NCBI GenBank assembly: GCA_964199315.1
Contig: OZ116700.1
Location: forward strand, 2,232,001 to 2,296,000
Origin: Orbicella franksi
Taxonomy: Eukaryota
Direction of reading: 5' to 3'
DNA length: 64,000 bases
The notes under the pieces were generated by a model that saw only the letters and a list, made by a program, of their open reading frames with translations, searched no databases and was not told the origin of the DNA. A program made the position numbers and the translations under genes. Positions 35,907-50,193 of this stretch are shown in pieces; the stretch's first letter is position 1, and every line of letters starts with the position of its first letter.

Positions 35907-38900
35907 ATGGCGGAACGGGAAGGAGAACCAGCCAGGAAAATCGCGTTTGTTGGCAACAGTCAGCAAATGCTGCGAGACATTAAACAAAGTTTGAGGCACC
36001 TAAAAAGGCAACCTGAGCAGCAGCGACCAGAGGCAACTAGGATTTCACAACAACCGGCGACTTCAGCCGGGTCCAATTCGGTTACCGTTGGAGAACCGAA
36101 CGCAACCAGACCCTTGGCACAGAATCCAAACCGCCGGATAAGTCATGCGAAAGCTTTGGCTGAGATTAGGAGCAGTTTAAAACCCTTCGAGACTACAGAG
36201 TCTGGCTATTCCTCCTGCTCCGAAAGCGGAGAGTCAATCAACAAACAGTTTTTTAGTACACTCAAGGCTCTGGGCTTCGATGAGGTATGTATCATGGAAA
36301 CTGCACTTTCAATTTAATACGCTTTTCTTTGCTATTAGGTCATGGGATTCTTATGTTCTTAATGTTTCATTTTTTGATGCATATGTATTATGGCTTCGCC
36401 GCAAATTGTTCACGCCGATTCGTCAACGGGTTTACAACGATAAATTCATACCGTACATGGATGTCGTATATTTACATCTCCATAAAATACACAAGAGGGA
36501 TTTCTTTTGTTCCTCATTACGTCGCTTTTCCTGCCATCGCTCGATTTGCAACAGATGTCATCATGTTTGCGGGCAAATATAGTTTCATTTAAAGCTGATC
36601 TCCTCGATCGCATCTGCTGTCTCGTGTGTTTTTTTGCCGCCGGTGGATTCGCGTTATATTTCAACACCGCTGCCTCGCATTATCTCAAGCATTTCAACTC
36701 TGTGCCAAGTTGTAACTTTGCTTCAAAGTTTGAATGTAGTTTGCCCGGAAACTCGGGTCAAAGGGCTGGCTCCTGTAGATTCTTTTCGATTTCTGGCTTT
36801 TATTTTGTTGCTTTGAATAGCCGTCGTTAATTTCATGCCTTCCTTTCAGTCACGCGGATAAGTGCACGTGAGAACGGACACAAGTGAATGATCATGCGTT
36901 TCAAATCGAAAGTTTCTAAAATTTAGCTTTCTTTCTTGTCTCCGGCTGTAAAACCAGCACTGTGCTTAAATGAACAGGAGGGAAGGAGCTCGAAGCCCTG
37001 AGTTTTCATTACTTGAGTACCCATTTGATATGCTTCAGCTTAAAAATAGCTGCCAAAATATGATGATTGAATATCAAATTACGAGACATTTTTGAAATCC
37101 CGGAAAATCTTTTATGTTGACCAGTTGATTGAAATCCGTGCTATATTGTAAAACACATGTTTTCTATTTCTGTTTTTCTGGGTTAATTACATTTCGAAAT
37201 GTTACATGTCATAAATCTGACAGTCCAATGTGATCTCTTATTTCAGGAGACAGCCACTGAAGCCATAAGACTGACTTCTAACAGGCCTTTGGAGGAATCA
37301 TTAGACATCATTACACAGTTGGCAACAGCACAAGGCTACAACAGAGTAAATTTTGGCTCAAATGCTTCAAATAATAATCGCACACAACTCCCTCCTCCTT
37401 ATAATGCTGCAGTCCATCGCATGTCATGGAAGGGCTCAGAAGAATCACTGAACAGTCCTAAGCGAGCTGAGTCCCCCATGATAGCCATGGAAAGTGCAGT
37501 GCCAATGGTACATCCTCCTAAGAGTACAGTTACAAGTTTCAGTGGACAGGCCAGTGGAAGGGCATCTTCATCAGAGGCCACAAGGGCTGAATGGCATGTC
37601 CAAAGGAACCCCGCATTGGTTGCACCACAACCTTGGCAAGGCGCTCACATGCCAGTGCCTCCTCAGCAAAGATATGTGGAGCGAACTGGTCCAAACATGC
37701 AACTCGGATGGAAACCAGTGACTGTATCTGGTCCGAAACCAGTTCAAGGAATCAGTCAAAATCAAACTCAACATGTTAACAGTGCTGTTGGAAATCCTCC
37801 ACCACCACAATTTCATGTAACTGCAAACCTTACTTTAACTGGAAGTAATTCTGGTAGCGAGAACTTTCAAGGGGGGAGAATGGGAGCAACATGTGCAAAT
37901 GTATCGTCCAGTGGGGCAAATGCCATGTCCTTCAACATACTTGTTCAAACTAATTTTCCACCAAGTTCATCTGGAAGCATCCAATCATCAAATCAAGGAC
38001 AATTTTGTCAAACCTCACCTCAACGCCCCAGTGTTGTTCAAGGATCACACAGTGGTGATGTGTTATGTCACTCTCCTGTACCAAGTACATCTCAGGCTCC
38101 AGTGCCGCACTTTGTACAGTCATTTGACCCAACACTTCATCCTCCACCTGCGTATGCTCCTGTACCAAGAAGACCATTCCCATGTTCAGATGTTAGCATG
38201 TCAGAGACCACCAGTAATTGGCAGAATCATATCCCGCGTGTTTCATCAAGATCACCAGTTCCTCCCCCAGCTCCAGAACAGTGGAGGCACTCCTGGAACA
38301 CAGAAACATCATCAAACTCTGGATCCATCAGTGATGAAATGCCATGGTCTAGTTCACATAATGACAGTGGGCCTCCGTCGCCATTGTCAGACTCATCATT
38401 CACAATAGAGGGTCCAACAAAGGTAACAAATCCAACTGGGACTGTTGTTTACCGTCTTGACTCACCTAATTCTCGTAAACGACCTCCAATTCCAACCATG
38501 GATGGTCAGGAGAACAGACTACCAACAATGGAAGATGATGACCAAATGTCGGAGTCTGATATGGAAATGCTCACTCCAGAACAACGATATAAACAATTCA
38601 GAGACAAAAACTCAAAACTAAAGAAATGTTCTCCAGCAGCGACAAAATTTTACTTTGAACAACACTTTGAAAATTTAATGAAGGACACAGAGGAAAGACA
38701 GAAGAGACGCTTCCAGTTAGAAGAGGAAATGCAAAAAGTTGGACTTTCTCAGGATGCTAGGAACCAAATGCGACAAATCCTAGTGCAGAAAGAGACCAAC
38801 TATAACCGCTTAAAGAGATCAAAAATGGATATAACAATGTTTGAGAAAATAAACAAAATTGGAACTGGTGCATTTGGAGAAGTTTGGCTCGTCAGAAAAG

Positions 38901-40520
38901 TAGACACAAACATGTTGTATGCCATGAAAATCCTACGGAAGACTGAGGTCCTGAAACGCAACCAGGTAGCTCACGTTAAAGCTGAAAGAGACATTCTTGC
39001 AGAGGCGGACAATGAATGGGTTGTTAAGTTGTATTACTCATTTCAAGATGCAAAATTCTTGTATTTTGTGATGGACTACATTCCAGGTGGAGACTTGATG
39101 AGCCTTTTGATTAAATTTGAAATCTTTCCTGAGGATCTGGCAAGATTTTACATTGCCGAACTTGTGCTAGCGATTGAGTCGGTGCACCGAATGGGATTTG
39201 TTCATCGTGATATCAAACCTGACAATGTGTTGATTGACAAAGATGGTCACATCAAACTCACTGACTTTGGTCTTTGCACGGGTTTTCGCTGGACACACGA
39301 CAGCAAATATTACGAGAAGGATGGTCATGACAGACAGCCAAGTATGGAGTATGGCATGCTCCCATGGGATCTTCCTCCTGAGTGGAATGATCATCTGATA
39401 CAGAAGTCACTATTAGAAATGAAGCCACTGGAAAAGCGGCACTTTCGTAAGCACATGAGAAGTCTTGCCCATTCCTTAGTGGGCACACCCAACTACATCG
39501 CGCCAGAGGTATTGCAAAGGAGTGGTTACACACAGCTTTGTGATTGGTGGTCTGTGGGAGTGATAATGTATGAGATGCTTGTTGGACACCCACCATTTCT
39601 TGCCTCCACACCTGCAGACACTCAACTCAAGGTAAGGAAACACTACTTTAAATTTTCAGATCTTTCTTTCAGTGGTAGCAAAGTTTGGCCATTGCGATGG
39701 GATAGGCTGACTGTCCCTGAGTGGTAGTCAAAATTCTCTCTGGACCATACTGATGTATCTTGTCAGCTGGTCAGCTCTCCACCCCCTCCCCGCCCCTTCC
39801 CAGCTTGGATCTGTGCCTTGTTCATTACCCAAGTTCCATGTTATTTTTCTTTGTTGTTCCATATCATCATTATTTCTGTCTTAAACTATATTATATCATC
39901 ACAGCTATTCCTTCTCAGCTCATTACCAATTATTTATTAATGCTTACATATAAACTCCCCTGTAGTTCCCCCCATATAGTTTCCTTACAAGTTGGAGAAT
40001 ACCCCACTTTGTGGACTCTTTTGTTTGTACTAATTAGTAATGGTGATAATTTTTTGTGTGTGTTTAGGTCATCAACTGGGAAGCAACACTGCATGTCCCC
40101 AGGCAGTCCCTTAGCTGGGAGGCCAGAGACTTGATCTTGAAGCTCTGCACAAGTCCAGACAGAAGGCTTGGGGCAAATGGAATTGAAGAAATTAAACAAC
40201 ACCCTTTCTTTGCTAATGTGGACTGGGGCTTTGGTGTGCGTCGCATACAAGCACCATACCGTCCACAGATCTCCTCCCCAACAGACATATCCAACTTTGA
40301 TCCAGTTGATGAATCAGAGAGAATGAGCAGTGATGAAGAAGCTGCTCCTGTTGCGAGTGAGCCAGTACCACCCAGACAGGGCCGACACCCTGAGCATGCA
40401 TTCTATGAGTTCACATTTAGAAGGTTTTTTGATGACGGTGGAAACAGCTATGTATCAGCGCGCAGATACTCTTCTGATGACAGTGGCAGTGACACTAGCA
40501 AAGAACCAGTGTATGTTTAA
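35907..40520 (+). CDS. LATS: Serine/threonine kinase LATS/Warts (Hippo pathway), ~1071 aa
   Basis: Exons 35907-36284, 37247-39631 and 40068-40520 (GT-AG, phase 0). Features: N-terminal KALAEIRSSLKPF, UBA-like region, PPxY motifs (LPPPY, PPAY), MOB-binding region, GTGAFGEV, HRDIKPDN, DFG, activation loop HSLVGTPNYIAPE, hydrophobic motif FYEFTFRRFF and C-terminal PVYV. Confidence 0.98.
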
Positions 40521-41299
40521 TGTATCAAGTCTGTGTCCAGTCTTAGATTTGTAGCTGTTATGTGTAAACATGAGCTGGAAAGTAATATTAGCTCTCAATT
40601 GTTCAAGTTAATAGTCTTGTGCTATGGAAGGGAATGCGTAAATTTTATCGCAGTTAGAATTTGGCATTTCCCTTTCCCTTTCTTACCTGTTCCTTTTTTT
40701 CTGAAATTACCATAAATGGTCTGCTTTTCCAAATTTTTTTTTGAACTTCAATTATTTATTAGAAATCCTGCAATGTTTACTTCTTTCTCGTTGTTTCTCA
40801 AATTTTACTTTGAGTTGTTTAGTTAATTTTGTAGTAACACACAAAAATGTATAAAGTGGGATGTGTGGAGTCAAGTGTGGTTCTTATATGCCACCGTGGC
40901 ACTGCTGACCACTTTGCCTGTGGAACCACCAACATGTGGGAAGTCAAACTTGACTTACTTTCACAGGAACAGTTCTCAGCTGGTGAGCAATAGTCACATG
41001 GGCTGCAACAGTTTCCCAGTCAGTATCAGTAACTATAGGTCGCTTACATGTCAGGCATGCAATCACTACACTTGATTTAGTTTATTCAGTTCCATGATTT
41101 CTCGACCACTTATGTCCCACAATGGTAAATTTATGAAAAAACAGGAATATTTTAATTCTATCAAAGAAAGTTATATCACACTTTGCGTGCCTCAAAGTAA
41201 GACTTGTAGCACAAACACTTTTACACAAAACACTTACTAGAAACCTTTTTTAAGAGGAGGAACATTTTCCTTTTCAACATTTTGTAACCCTGAAGGCGG

Positions 41300-44100
41300 T
41301 CGGTACCTATGCCATATATTTGAAATGAGAATTTCTCACGGAGAAATATAGTCTGTGTATAGTTTTAATTTATAACACTGTTGAGTTTTCCAAGGAAAAA
41401 ACAGTTTCCTTTACTCGCCATAACAAAGAAGGAGGGAAAATAAATTGTTGAGAAAAGAACAGAAGTGTATTGTTTTGCTGTTTTGATTTTACATGCGCTA
41501 TGGGCGCAATGGCTTGCCTATCATCTCCCCACCTTATGAAGTTGTGAATCTGGTTCGGAAAAGTAATTGAATTCTCCAATGGTGAATTATGCAAACTAGT
41601 GGAAAGAGTAAAGAGAATTTGGATATAAAAGGGGCTAAATATTTTAACAAATCAAGTTTTGCTGGTCACGCAATTTCTGAGGAAAGATGACTACGTGACA
41701 AGCAGAAATTATTTCGTGACCAGCTAAATTCACTCGTGTTTTACCTCGATCCCAGGCTTTCTCCCCTTTGCCTCCCACGTCAAGGGAGGGAGGCAAATAA
41801 AGGAGGGAGAGCCTGAATTGAATCGAAGTCAACTCTCGAACTGCTTTTCCACAACCGCGCAACTTTGAAGAATTTGGTCACGACGCCGCTGCTCAGCCGC
41901 AGTTGTGATGATAACCTATATTTTAGCATTTCTAGCTGCTATCAAGTCTAATGACTAGATTTTAAAAAAACCCGTCTGGTTCAGTTACTACAAATTGTGT
42001 AACAAAATATTAGAGGATCGAACAAAGTTCCCTGTAGTGTATGCCGGGAGTGTATGTGCAGGGGGCGTTTTCTTTGACACTGGGATCTTAGACAACTAAA
42101 CAAATAAGTCTTAAAATAGAACTAAGAAAAACCTCCACAAAGGTCGAAAAAACTATAGCATTACGAAGCGCAAGCCAGAAGAAATTAAGTTTGTTAAAAA
42201 CTGCTAAGAGTTCTGGATCACGTCTTGTAAGCGCACGTTTGAAGCTTCTGACATCATTCAGTGAAAAGCTCGAAAGATCGAGATTACAGGATAGGTAAAA
42301 ATAACTTGACCTCCGTTTTAGTAGTCTTTCCAAATATGTTGCTTTAGCAGTCTGTGGTCATACCTACCACTGGTAAATAACGAGAAAATATCACCACTAT
42401 CACCGCAGGCGATGACGCCTGTTTCGGTTTCATAAAAGAAGGTTAAGAGGTTAATTTTGTTCCGAACCACTTGTTCAGTGCCAGTGGTTTCGATAGCTCA
42501 ACTCACCACTTTTAGACCCCTGTGTTATTCAACGTTATGCGTTGGAATATACACTTGAACCCCGTAAAGGGAAAAAAAATGTTCTAGAGGGTGGGGACGC
42601 GAGATAGCCGAAAGAAGATGAATAAATAGTATTTACAAGGGAAAATGGTTTGATTTCGAGATAGGGTGCAGTTCAAGATATAACCGAGTTCGAAATAAAG
42701 GTGGCGAGGTTCAACTCTTTACGCTTTGAGTATGGATTGTAATCAGTTTTTACACATAAAAGCTTCGCCTAACTTTTGTATAAATCAACTTCTAAAAGGA
42801 TTTCAAAACTAATTTCTTCCGAAATAATCGGATCAAACTTCTTTCAGCAATCACTCCCAGAAACAGAAGACTGTGAGAATATTGTGAACATGGCAATTCC
42901 ACACAACGGAAGTCTGTTCCACAGAGAACTGGGAAGCGAAACGGAAGCACATCTTTCCTTTGCTGACCTTTGCTAACAGAAAACTTCAGTTGAAACGAAA
43001 AGCAGCGATTTCCTAATCTAAAACTCGCTCTAACGCAGCTTAAATACTGAAAAGCAAAGGCAAATTGATTTCACTGCCTTCCGGTTCCAAAATTTAGCGG
43101 ATGGGGAGGGGCATGGTAGGTATTTGATTTAATCAGGAGAGGGCGTTAAGCAGATTATTGTTACAAGGGATGATTAAGCATCCCTGAGGCGACAATTTAA
43201 TAAGCATCATTTGTGTTCTTTTGCGATATAACGATGTTAGCCTGTTTAGCATGACTAGCAGTATTTCTCATGAGATGTCGCGTGAGAGAACACCGCGCGC
43301 GCCCCACGAAGCTGCTGGTTGCGCTCGTTTACAGAAAGAAAAATCGTCAGATCCTACGCCACGTGGAGTTTAGCGAAGAAGCGCGAAAACACGAGGAATA
43401 AGAGCTTGACACGACAGCTCCCCAGGGTCACGTGCGCTGAAACAGGATTCTTTGAGAGTAATAGGTGAAAAAAAAGAACGAGAAATCATCATGTCCAACA
43501 CTAATTACTGAAAAAAAGGTAATTAAGAAAAGGTTATGCAAAACAATGCAAATAGGCTACGAAACTCGCATTCTTGAAATACTGAAATATGGTCTTGTAT
43601 GGGTACTAGTCACATGCCAATCTACTTACAAATTGGAAAGATCATTTTCGAGATCAGTTTCTCTATCTCAAGACTAGCCCGTCTGAGAAAATAAGCGATA
43701 TTACTGGAAGAGAAATTAAAAAGGCTGCTTTGAATCACCGAGGCTATATAACGGTTTCAGCGATAAAACGGGTCAAGAGAAGATGCCAAAAGGCAAACAG
43801 ACACTTTATTAGATAACTTCCTGGAATGCCTTCCTGTTAGAAACTTCGTAAACGAGATTCCATGCAAGCTGCGGATAATTTGCGTAGGGCTAATGGTGGA
43901 CCTTGCTCAATATGACTGAGCACACGGTCATTTTCTTCAGCGACGTCGCTTCGGAAAATGGCGTATCATGCGTGCTGATCACGTGTAAGTATACAGCGTA
44001 CTCGATAGCATGCACGTGCTCGTTTGAACTGGATGAGAAAAAGATAGGAAACTCTTCCAAAAGTTTTGGCGAAGATTTGTCCAAAATGCGAAACTTAATC
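41300..44100 (-). pseudogene. Decayed class-A (rhodopsin-like) GPCR, interrupted by insertions
   Basis: TM3/DRY-like GIFS*PVLSL-NRYIA (43787-43742, 1-nt frameshift), TM4-like AAFLISLPVISLIF (43728-43687) and TM7/helix-8-like FFLGKLNSVIN..LYFSVRNSHFK (41400-41320). About 2 kb of repeat-like DNA lies between the TM5 and TM6 regions. Linking both ends to one gene is inference. Confidence 0.45.
42549..42722. mobile_element. Tc1/pogo-type MITE remnant
   Basis: atacacttgaaccccg ... cgaggttcaactcttta imperfect inverted ends with internal ttcgagata motifs. Confidence 0.45.
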
Positions 44101-44479
44101 ACGCCGAGAGATGGAGAAAAACAAGCAGAAATCGGAAATCGGTGATATCACTACTGAGGAACGCACGTGCTCGGACATGCTACTTCCTGACAAGAAGTCT
44201 AAACTCTTGGCGACATGTTTTATTCAATTATCCTTATCTGTATTATTATCTTAATCAGAATCTCGGAGCCTTCGGGTCTGAGTGACAGTCAGGGCTACTT
44301 AATTACAAATATTCGCCTCACATGCCTTCCAGCAAAGTACATTTAAAGCCGGTCAAATTCTTTTAATTGTCATTTAGTAGCTAAAAAGTAGTGAGTATCT
44401 GCAGACCAACAAATACCTAGAAAAAAGGGTTGTTTACGACTTAACGTTGTGTTTGCTTCATTCTGTTTTTCTCCGCTGC

Positions 44480-45700
44480 CTATGCTTAAAAATGTTATGA
44501 TATTTCATACAGTTAAACTCTAATCAGACAAAATGTGCGAGTTCTAGTCACATGTAATCATAAGAGAGACTGGTGCCGTACTGTTTACAATATCATAGGA
44601 ATGTCTGAATACTTTTTTTCACGAATGACCAACATCATGCTAATATCTCTGTTTTTCAATCGAGTCACATTGGTTAAGCCGCATTTACCAAAGTTCTCAT
44701 TCTGCAAAGTGTTTCATCAGCCACCAAAATGATCCGCCTTATCTACCTGCAGATACGTGACGCTAAAGATTTCCCCCCAGGAAATATTTTGGAAACACAA
44801 AAATGTTTTAAATTGCTGGGTAAAGATTTCTTCACGTACAGAATGAAGGCAGACAGATTATCATACATAACCATAATATCACTTAATGATTGTAATAACG
44901 GGCTTAAAACCCCTGAATTTAAAAAAAGAGAACAACAACATAAAAATGCAATTTTGTTCTGGATGGAATGGCTAGTTGTACTCTTGATAGTTTTAGCCAT
45001 TAACTCATTTATTTTTTTACCCTTTTATCATTACCTTATTTTTTGGGGATTTAGCAGTCAGCAAAGCAGACAAGAGCTCCCTTCGAGAATTGAGTTGTGA
45101 AGGTTCTTGGCTCTCACAATTGCCAATAAAATACAAATTCCAAAACGAGTCAAAGTTGATTGAAAGCAAAATTCGAAATGCGTTGGTGCATTTTCGAATT
45201 TAAAACTGAATGTTTCCCCTGGAATGCGTCCCGGCCCATATTAAAACACTTTTCAGTGTTCATGTTTTGGTTCCTTCGTTCATACATTCGCGGAATGCTG
45301 GAAATAACCGCTGTTGGAAAAGCATTCTATCCAAGAGAGTTAGCACTAATACCCTTGGTGCTTCAACCTACAGAAACTGGACTTCACCACCGAGCTCTGG
45401 CGACAATTCTATGATAAAAAGATATCACTAATGGAAAGGATCCAAGAAATTCTGCTATACGGGCTTGGATTTTACAGCTCTCAAACAGCCGCGGGAAAGT
45501 TATCAACTGAATTTTCCGTTTAACTTAAGAAAGAAAACCAAAGCAAAATCAGTTTCGTAACGTCGCCGTTTATTTCTGCAGGTTCATGGAAACTTTGAAC
45601 ACGGTAGCAATGATTTTAGGGGAGGAGAGGGGAAGAGTTGGCAAGCCACTGCATTAGCACCAACACATATCAGTGTGTTACTTTGAGTCACAGGAAAAAA
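44480..45700 (-). pseudogene. Second decayed class-A GPCR
   Basis: SNTLICVG (45682-45661, TM1 GN-like), QFL*V...VLVLTLLDR (45352-45326, TM3), KSVLIWAG (TM4), CIFMLLFSFF (TM5-like) and KNRDISMMLVI (44656-44624, TM6 start), in order with stops. Confidence 0.4.
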
Positions 45701-46367
45701 AACATTTCACAATGAAAAGATACCGCTGGGCCCTTAAATGCTAAAATAACAACGTTTTCCTGTCTCTTTTCTCTCTCGCCTTTATTCTTTGAAGAGCAAG
45801 TTCGCCAGTCCTTCAGACAAGGATTATGTCCGGTTCTCACAGCGTGAAATAACTGGTCTTCGTCATTATCAGCAATCCCTCAGTATCGAGTAAGATGTCA
45901 ACTCGGTATTATTCAGTAAAAGGTTGAAAGGTAAAGTTGACCGCTCAGAGTATGTATTTTTTTTCACCAAAGAAAACTAGCAGTTGGCGGTATTTCTGTA
46001 AAGTTTGACTATTAAAGTGGTGAAAGATACCGAGATATAATATTTGCCATGATTGAATTGACTTTTGTCACCACCAAACCATCGACTGCACTCGAACGTT
46101 CTACCGCCGATGCAACATTTTTTTACTATCCAAACGGAAACGATCGAAATCAGTCAAACTGAAGAGAACAAGACACAAATTGGAATAACTTGGAGTTCAT
46201 ACCAAAATTTCCCCACACAGCGTTGCCTTTTTTTTTCCCAAGGAGCTGATCAACGGATATCGACACTGTTAAGTAACCAATCATATGATACCGTAAATTG
46301 TTTCCCTGCCATGCGACATCAATCCATATTCACCGGCCGCAGCAGATATAGGTCCATATCAACCATG

Positions 46368-49300
46368 TCAACCAAGAAACTTCGGCTCCTCCGGTCTGGG
46401 TAAGTCTCTTTTCTTAACAATTGCGTAGTCACTATAAAATTTCAAAACCGCAGACAAGGCCTCCTGGTCGAGTTGGTAATGTTTAGCAAGCGTCTCTGCT
46501 GTCCATGTGTCGGGATCCTCCAGTCTTTTCGCAAACAGTTCCGACAACTGAACGTTGGTTATTTTCCCCTTGGGCACCTGGCCGATTTCAGCAGGACCCC
46601 GTGACTCACGAGACATGGGTAGACTCCTTTTTGTTTCGGCGCTTCTCGTGATTGGCTGAAAGAAGTGTCAAGTGTTTTGATTGGTCAAAGAGTTCACCAA
46701 TAAGGGAACTAGCGACTGAAATTGGCGAAATGCAAAATTATCACAAAATGATGCAAAACATCTCGCTGGACATAAATGTGCAGGTAGCCATTTAAAAAAA
46801 AATACGTTATGCAACCTTTGTATTCGTCATGACACCATGCAGTTATTTAGAAAATATGGAAAAAATAACATATCCTTTCTCATATCACTATTAGTCCTAG
46901 CTCTAAGCTATACCAGTTCCCATGGTTAGACCTATTTATTCACTATACTGGCTGGCATATCACACTGAGCTGCCTTGCACCAAGCTTCTAATTAGTTCAC
47001 ACTCCTCTACCTGAAATCACTAGCTGGCGTACAGATATTCCGTGCTAACTGCATCCGCTTGCTATTTGCACCATTGAGTCATAACTAACTGACTTACTGT
47101 ATGCATTCCTTTTCACTTGCAATCTTCCTGTAATAGTATTCACTCTACAGGGCTGCAAATAATTTTTTTCTCTTGAAAGGACATTTGTCCTACTAAGACA
47201 CCATCTTGGTCAGACAAAACAAATAATTTATTGTGGTTGGACATCACTGAAAAAGGAAAGATTTACTCAATGTAGATTTTTACTCATCCTTACCATAAAA
47301 TGATTTACGATAAAAAATTGTCTGGACATAATGTCTGACAGTTGGCATTTTGTTGGACATGAGCAAATTTTGGTCAGCCAATGCCTGATGACCAACTGTT
47401 ATTTGCAGCCCCGCTTTATGTTCTCACTACTTTTCTAAAACCCAACCCAGCTTTATGGGTGAAAGGGCACATTGGCATGAATAGACTGTTACAAAGCATG
47501 CTAACAGCTACACCTGCGGGGCTCGAAAAAAGTGTGTCCGGCCGTCCGGGACTATTATCTGCATGCAGCCAGGATGCGCAAAAAGCTCTTTGTAAAAGAA
47601 CACTTGCTAAGCAGACTAGTCCAGAACAAGTAGATTTTCCTATTGGCAAGTAACTTTTTATCCTCACTTGCCCAATGGGAGAGGGCCCAGGCAAGTTGTC
47701 TGCCAACTAAATAACAAAAAGTAATCTAAGACTTGCCCATGGCAAGTAAAATGTGAGAGCTGCTTGTCCGAAAGGTAAGCTGGAATTCAACTTTCTTTGG
47801 AGCCCTGGACCCATACATTTAACCAGTCAAAATGTTTCCCAAAATGTTAATTACGAAGTCTGTTGGCTCATTCTGTAAAGAGTTCAGGAAACTATCTGGG
47901 AGACAATGAAAAGATGTCTGCAGTCTTTCAAAATATTATAATAAAACTGAATTAATTCTATGTTAAGTGGAGAATTGCATTTTCACCATTCATTATGCAA
48001 TCTCCCCCTGCAACATGAACGTTCTTTCAGAAACCAAGAAATGTATGTGCAGGAATAGAGTGTGCTTTTGATTTGTTATTATTTAAAAGCCAGTGATGAT
48101 CTTACAGATAGCAACCTTAGAAAAAAACATTTTAAACTGCTGAGGTACACAAACATGCCTCTTCCAAGAGTGATTTAAATCTAATTTCTCTTCCTATGCT
48201 ATCAATACAGTTTAAACAGACAAGTGATGAGAATAAAGAAAAGAATCTACTCAGGTGATATTGTTGCCTTGGTTTACTACCGAATGCTCAGAGTTAATAC
48301 TAAAAGATGTTTATACTGTGATACTCAAGTAAAAAAATAAAAAAATAAAAAAAAAAATAAATAAATAAAATAAAATGCTTACCATTTGTGCTGGAGCTTC
48401 CAGTGTATCAATTTTGAAATCTTTGAGTCGACCTAAGAACTCATCATCTTTTCTATCTCTTTCTTTAAACAGTTCTTCATTTTCTGGAAATAAAAGGTAA
48501 ATAAACTTGCTGCATACTATGAACTAAAATTGAATTCTTAAGTTCTTTGGGAAGCACACAGGACACTGAAGAGGAAATATGACCCAAGATTAATACAATA
48601 CCCCAGCCAAGCTCAAGTAAACACCTCTGAATCTGATGCAATAGATGGACTTATGCAATAACTATTAGAGCTTGTATACAAGCTCTCTACCTTGGGATTA
48701 GACAGCTCACAGGGTAAAAAGAGGGGGAAGGACAAATCTTTCTTTCTTTTCCCTTTCTCCCTCCTCTACCTTGTCTTTTTATTTCCTCTTTTTATTTAGT
48801 CTTTTTCAATTGTTAAATAGCATTGTTATATGTTGCATTGTATTTTAAGCCATGATTTGTCGACACAATGCAATATACTTTAATTATACAATTGGCACTG
48901 TGAAGTCTTTAGCCTTTCCTTATCTTATTCATAAGCAAATAGAATGCCAAGATAGAGAAGATACCGGGGGGGGGGGGGGGGGGGGAATCCTGTATAAAAA
49001 GGACGGCAGGTGCTTGTTGGAAATTAGAACCCCTTAGAGGTACCAAGACCCTGTTTTGTGGGGGGTGGCTTGAAATCTTTTTCACTCCTAAAGTAACACA
49101 TTAACTAATACTGCTTTTTTTTTGCCTCAATACCCTAAACAGTACTGTGAAAGCCCCTGCTGTGGGTCCTTCCCAGGCTGAACACCCTGAGAGATACCAA
49201 ATCCGCTTTTTAAAACCCTAAAAGGTACGACAAGCACCCCCGGGAAGACACGGCGGGAACAAAATGGAATTGCTATGTCATTCATACACTGCAAACCTGC

Positions 49301-49654
49301 AAAGTTGATTGGATTTATGACCAAAAAAAAGAAGTTCTGTCGCGTATTTCAGTTACAGAAATGTCTACAAAATTTATCTGCGATATCTACATGGAGAGAT
49401 TATGGAATTTAAGTTAAAACTTAGTTAAAATCAAACTATAACTGCACCGGATAGGAGCATGTGATACCTCGCGACGAGCTGCAAGGTAAAATTTGCTCAA
49501 AGTACTCACGTTTTCGCGCATCAGCTAATACAGCCTGGGAGCTGGGATGACTTGGAGCTACTTTTGGTTTGTTTTCCAGTATTTTATCCACTCTCCGTTG
49601 TGTTTCAAGAGGTTTTTTTATAAAACGAGTTGCTCGTGAAATTCTGGCCCCCAT
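46368..49654 (-). CDS. NDUFAF4: NADH dehydrogenase (ubiquinone) complex I assembly factor 4, 177 aa
   Basis: Exons 49654-49510, 48483-48383 and 46655-46368 join in frame (534 nt). MGAR N-terminus, KPKVAPSHPSS, RKDDEFLGRLKD, VPKGKIT and PDTWTAETLAKHYQL match recalled NDUFAF4. Confidence 0.92.
47148..47413. mobile_element. hAT-like MITE
   Basis: TIRs cagggctgcaaataa and ttatttgcagccccg; no intact TSD. Confidence 0.7.
47516..47807. mobile_element. hAT-like MITE (degenerate)
   Basis: Ends gcgggctcgaaaaa and ctttggagccctg; internal cttgccc/gggcaag repeats. Confidence 0.55.
48963..49244. mobile_element. MITE with CCGGGG...CCCCGG termini
   Basis: accggggg(n) at 48963 and cacccccggg at ~49235-49244. 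Confidence 0.6.
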
Positions 49655-50193
49655 GTTGCATTTTTAGTTTTTTGGCGTACTCCGCTGACTGGCTGGTGAA
49701 AATTCGTGTTACCCAGATCACCACGGCCAATCACAGCACTCACGACCTCACAATCTCAGATTATCATCTATTCAATCTGTCATTTCTCCCGAGGCGAGAA
49801 ATAATATTTACAGTGGACTCGGTGGAGAAGGTGTTTGGCCAAAGAGGCTGTGTTACGCAATGCATTTGACGCAACCAAGTTCTGTGGAAAAAAAGGGACC
49901 TCCTTTAGGGAGGACCCTGGGGTGGGTTTCGAAAAAAAACAGCACTCTCGAAACACCATTTTTCTTTCTTTCTTTTTTATTCCACGCCATTTTCAAGTGT
50001 GTTTAAAGCTTAGTTCTCGAATTTGGAGATACGGGTTATCCTTATCAGCTCCCTTCACGCTTGTACCATACTGACACTTCGGATAAATGATCAGTCGCAA
50101 ACTCTATAAACACAGTCAAACCATCAGCAATAAAATTTTATTCTCAGACAAAATCCTGCTTAATAAACTGTACTGACGTATAAACCAAAATCC

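Noticed and set aside
37399-40554. Many 60-170 aa ORFs overlapping LATS exons on both strands
   Set aside because: Alternative-frame and antisense shadows of the LATS coding sequence, with no independent motifs.
44729-45100. 123-aa ORF with a hydrophobic stretch
   Set aside because: Better explained as the antisense of a decayed GPCR.
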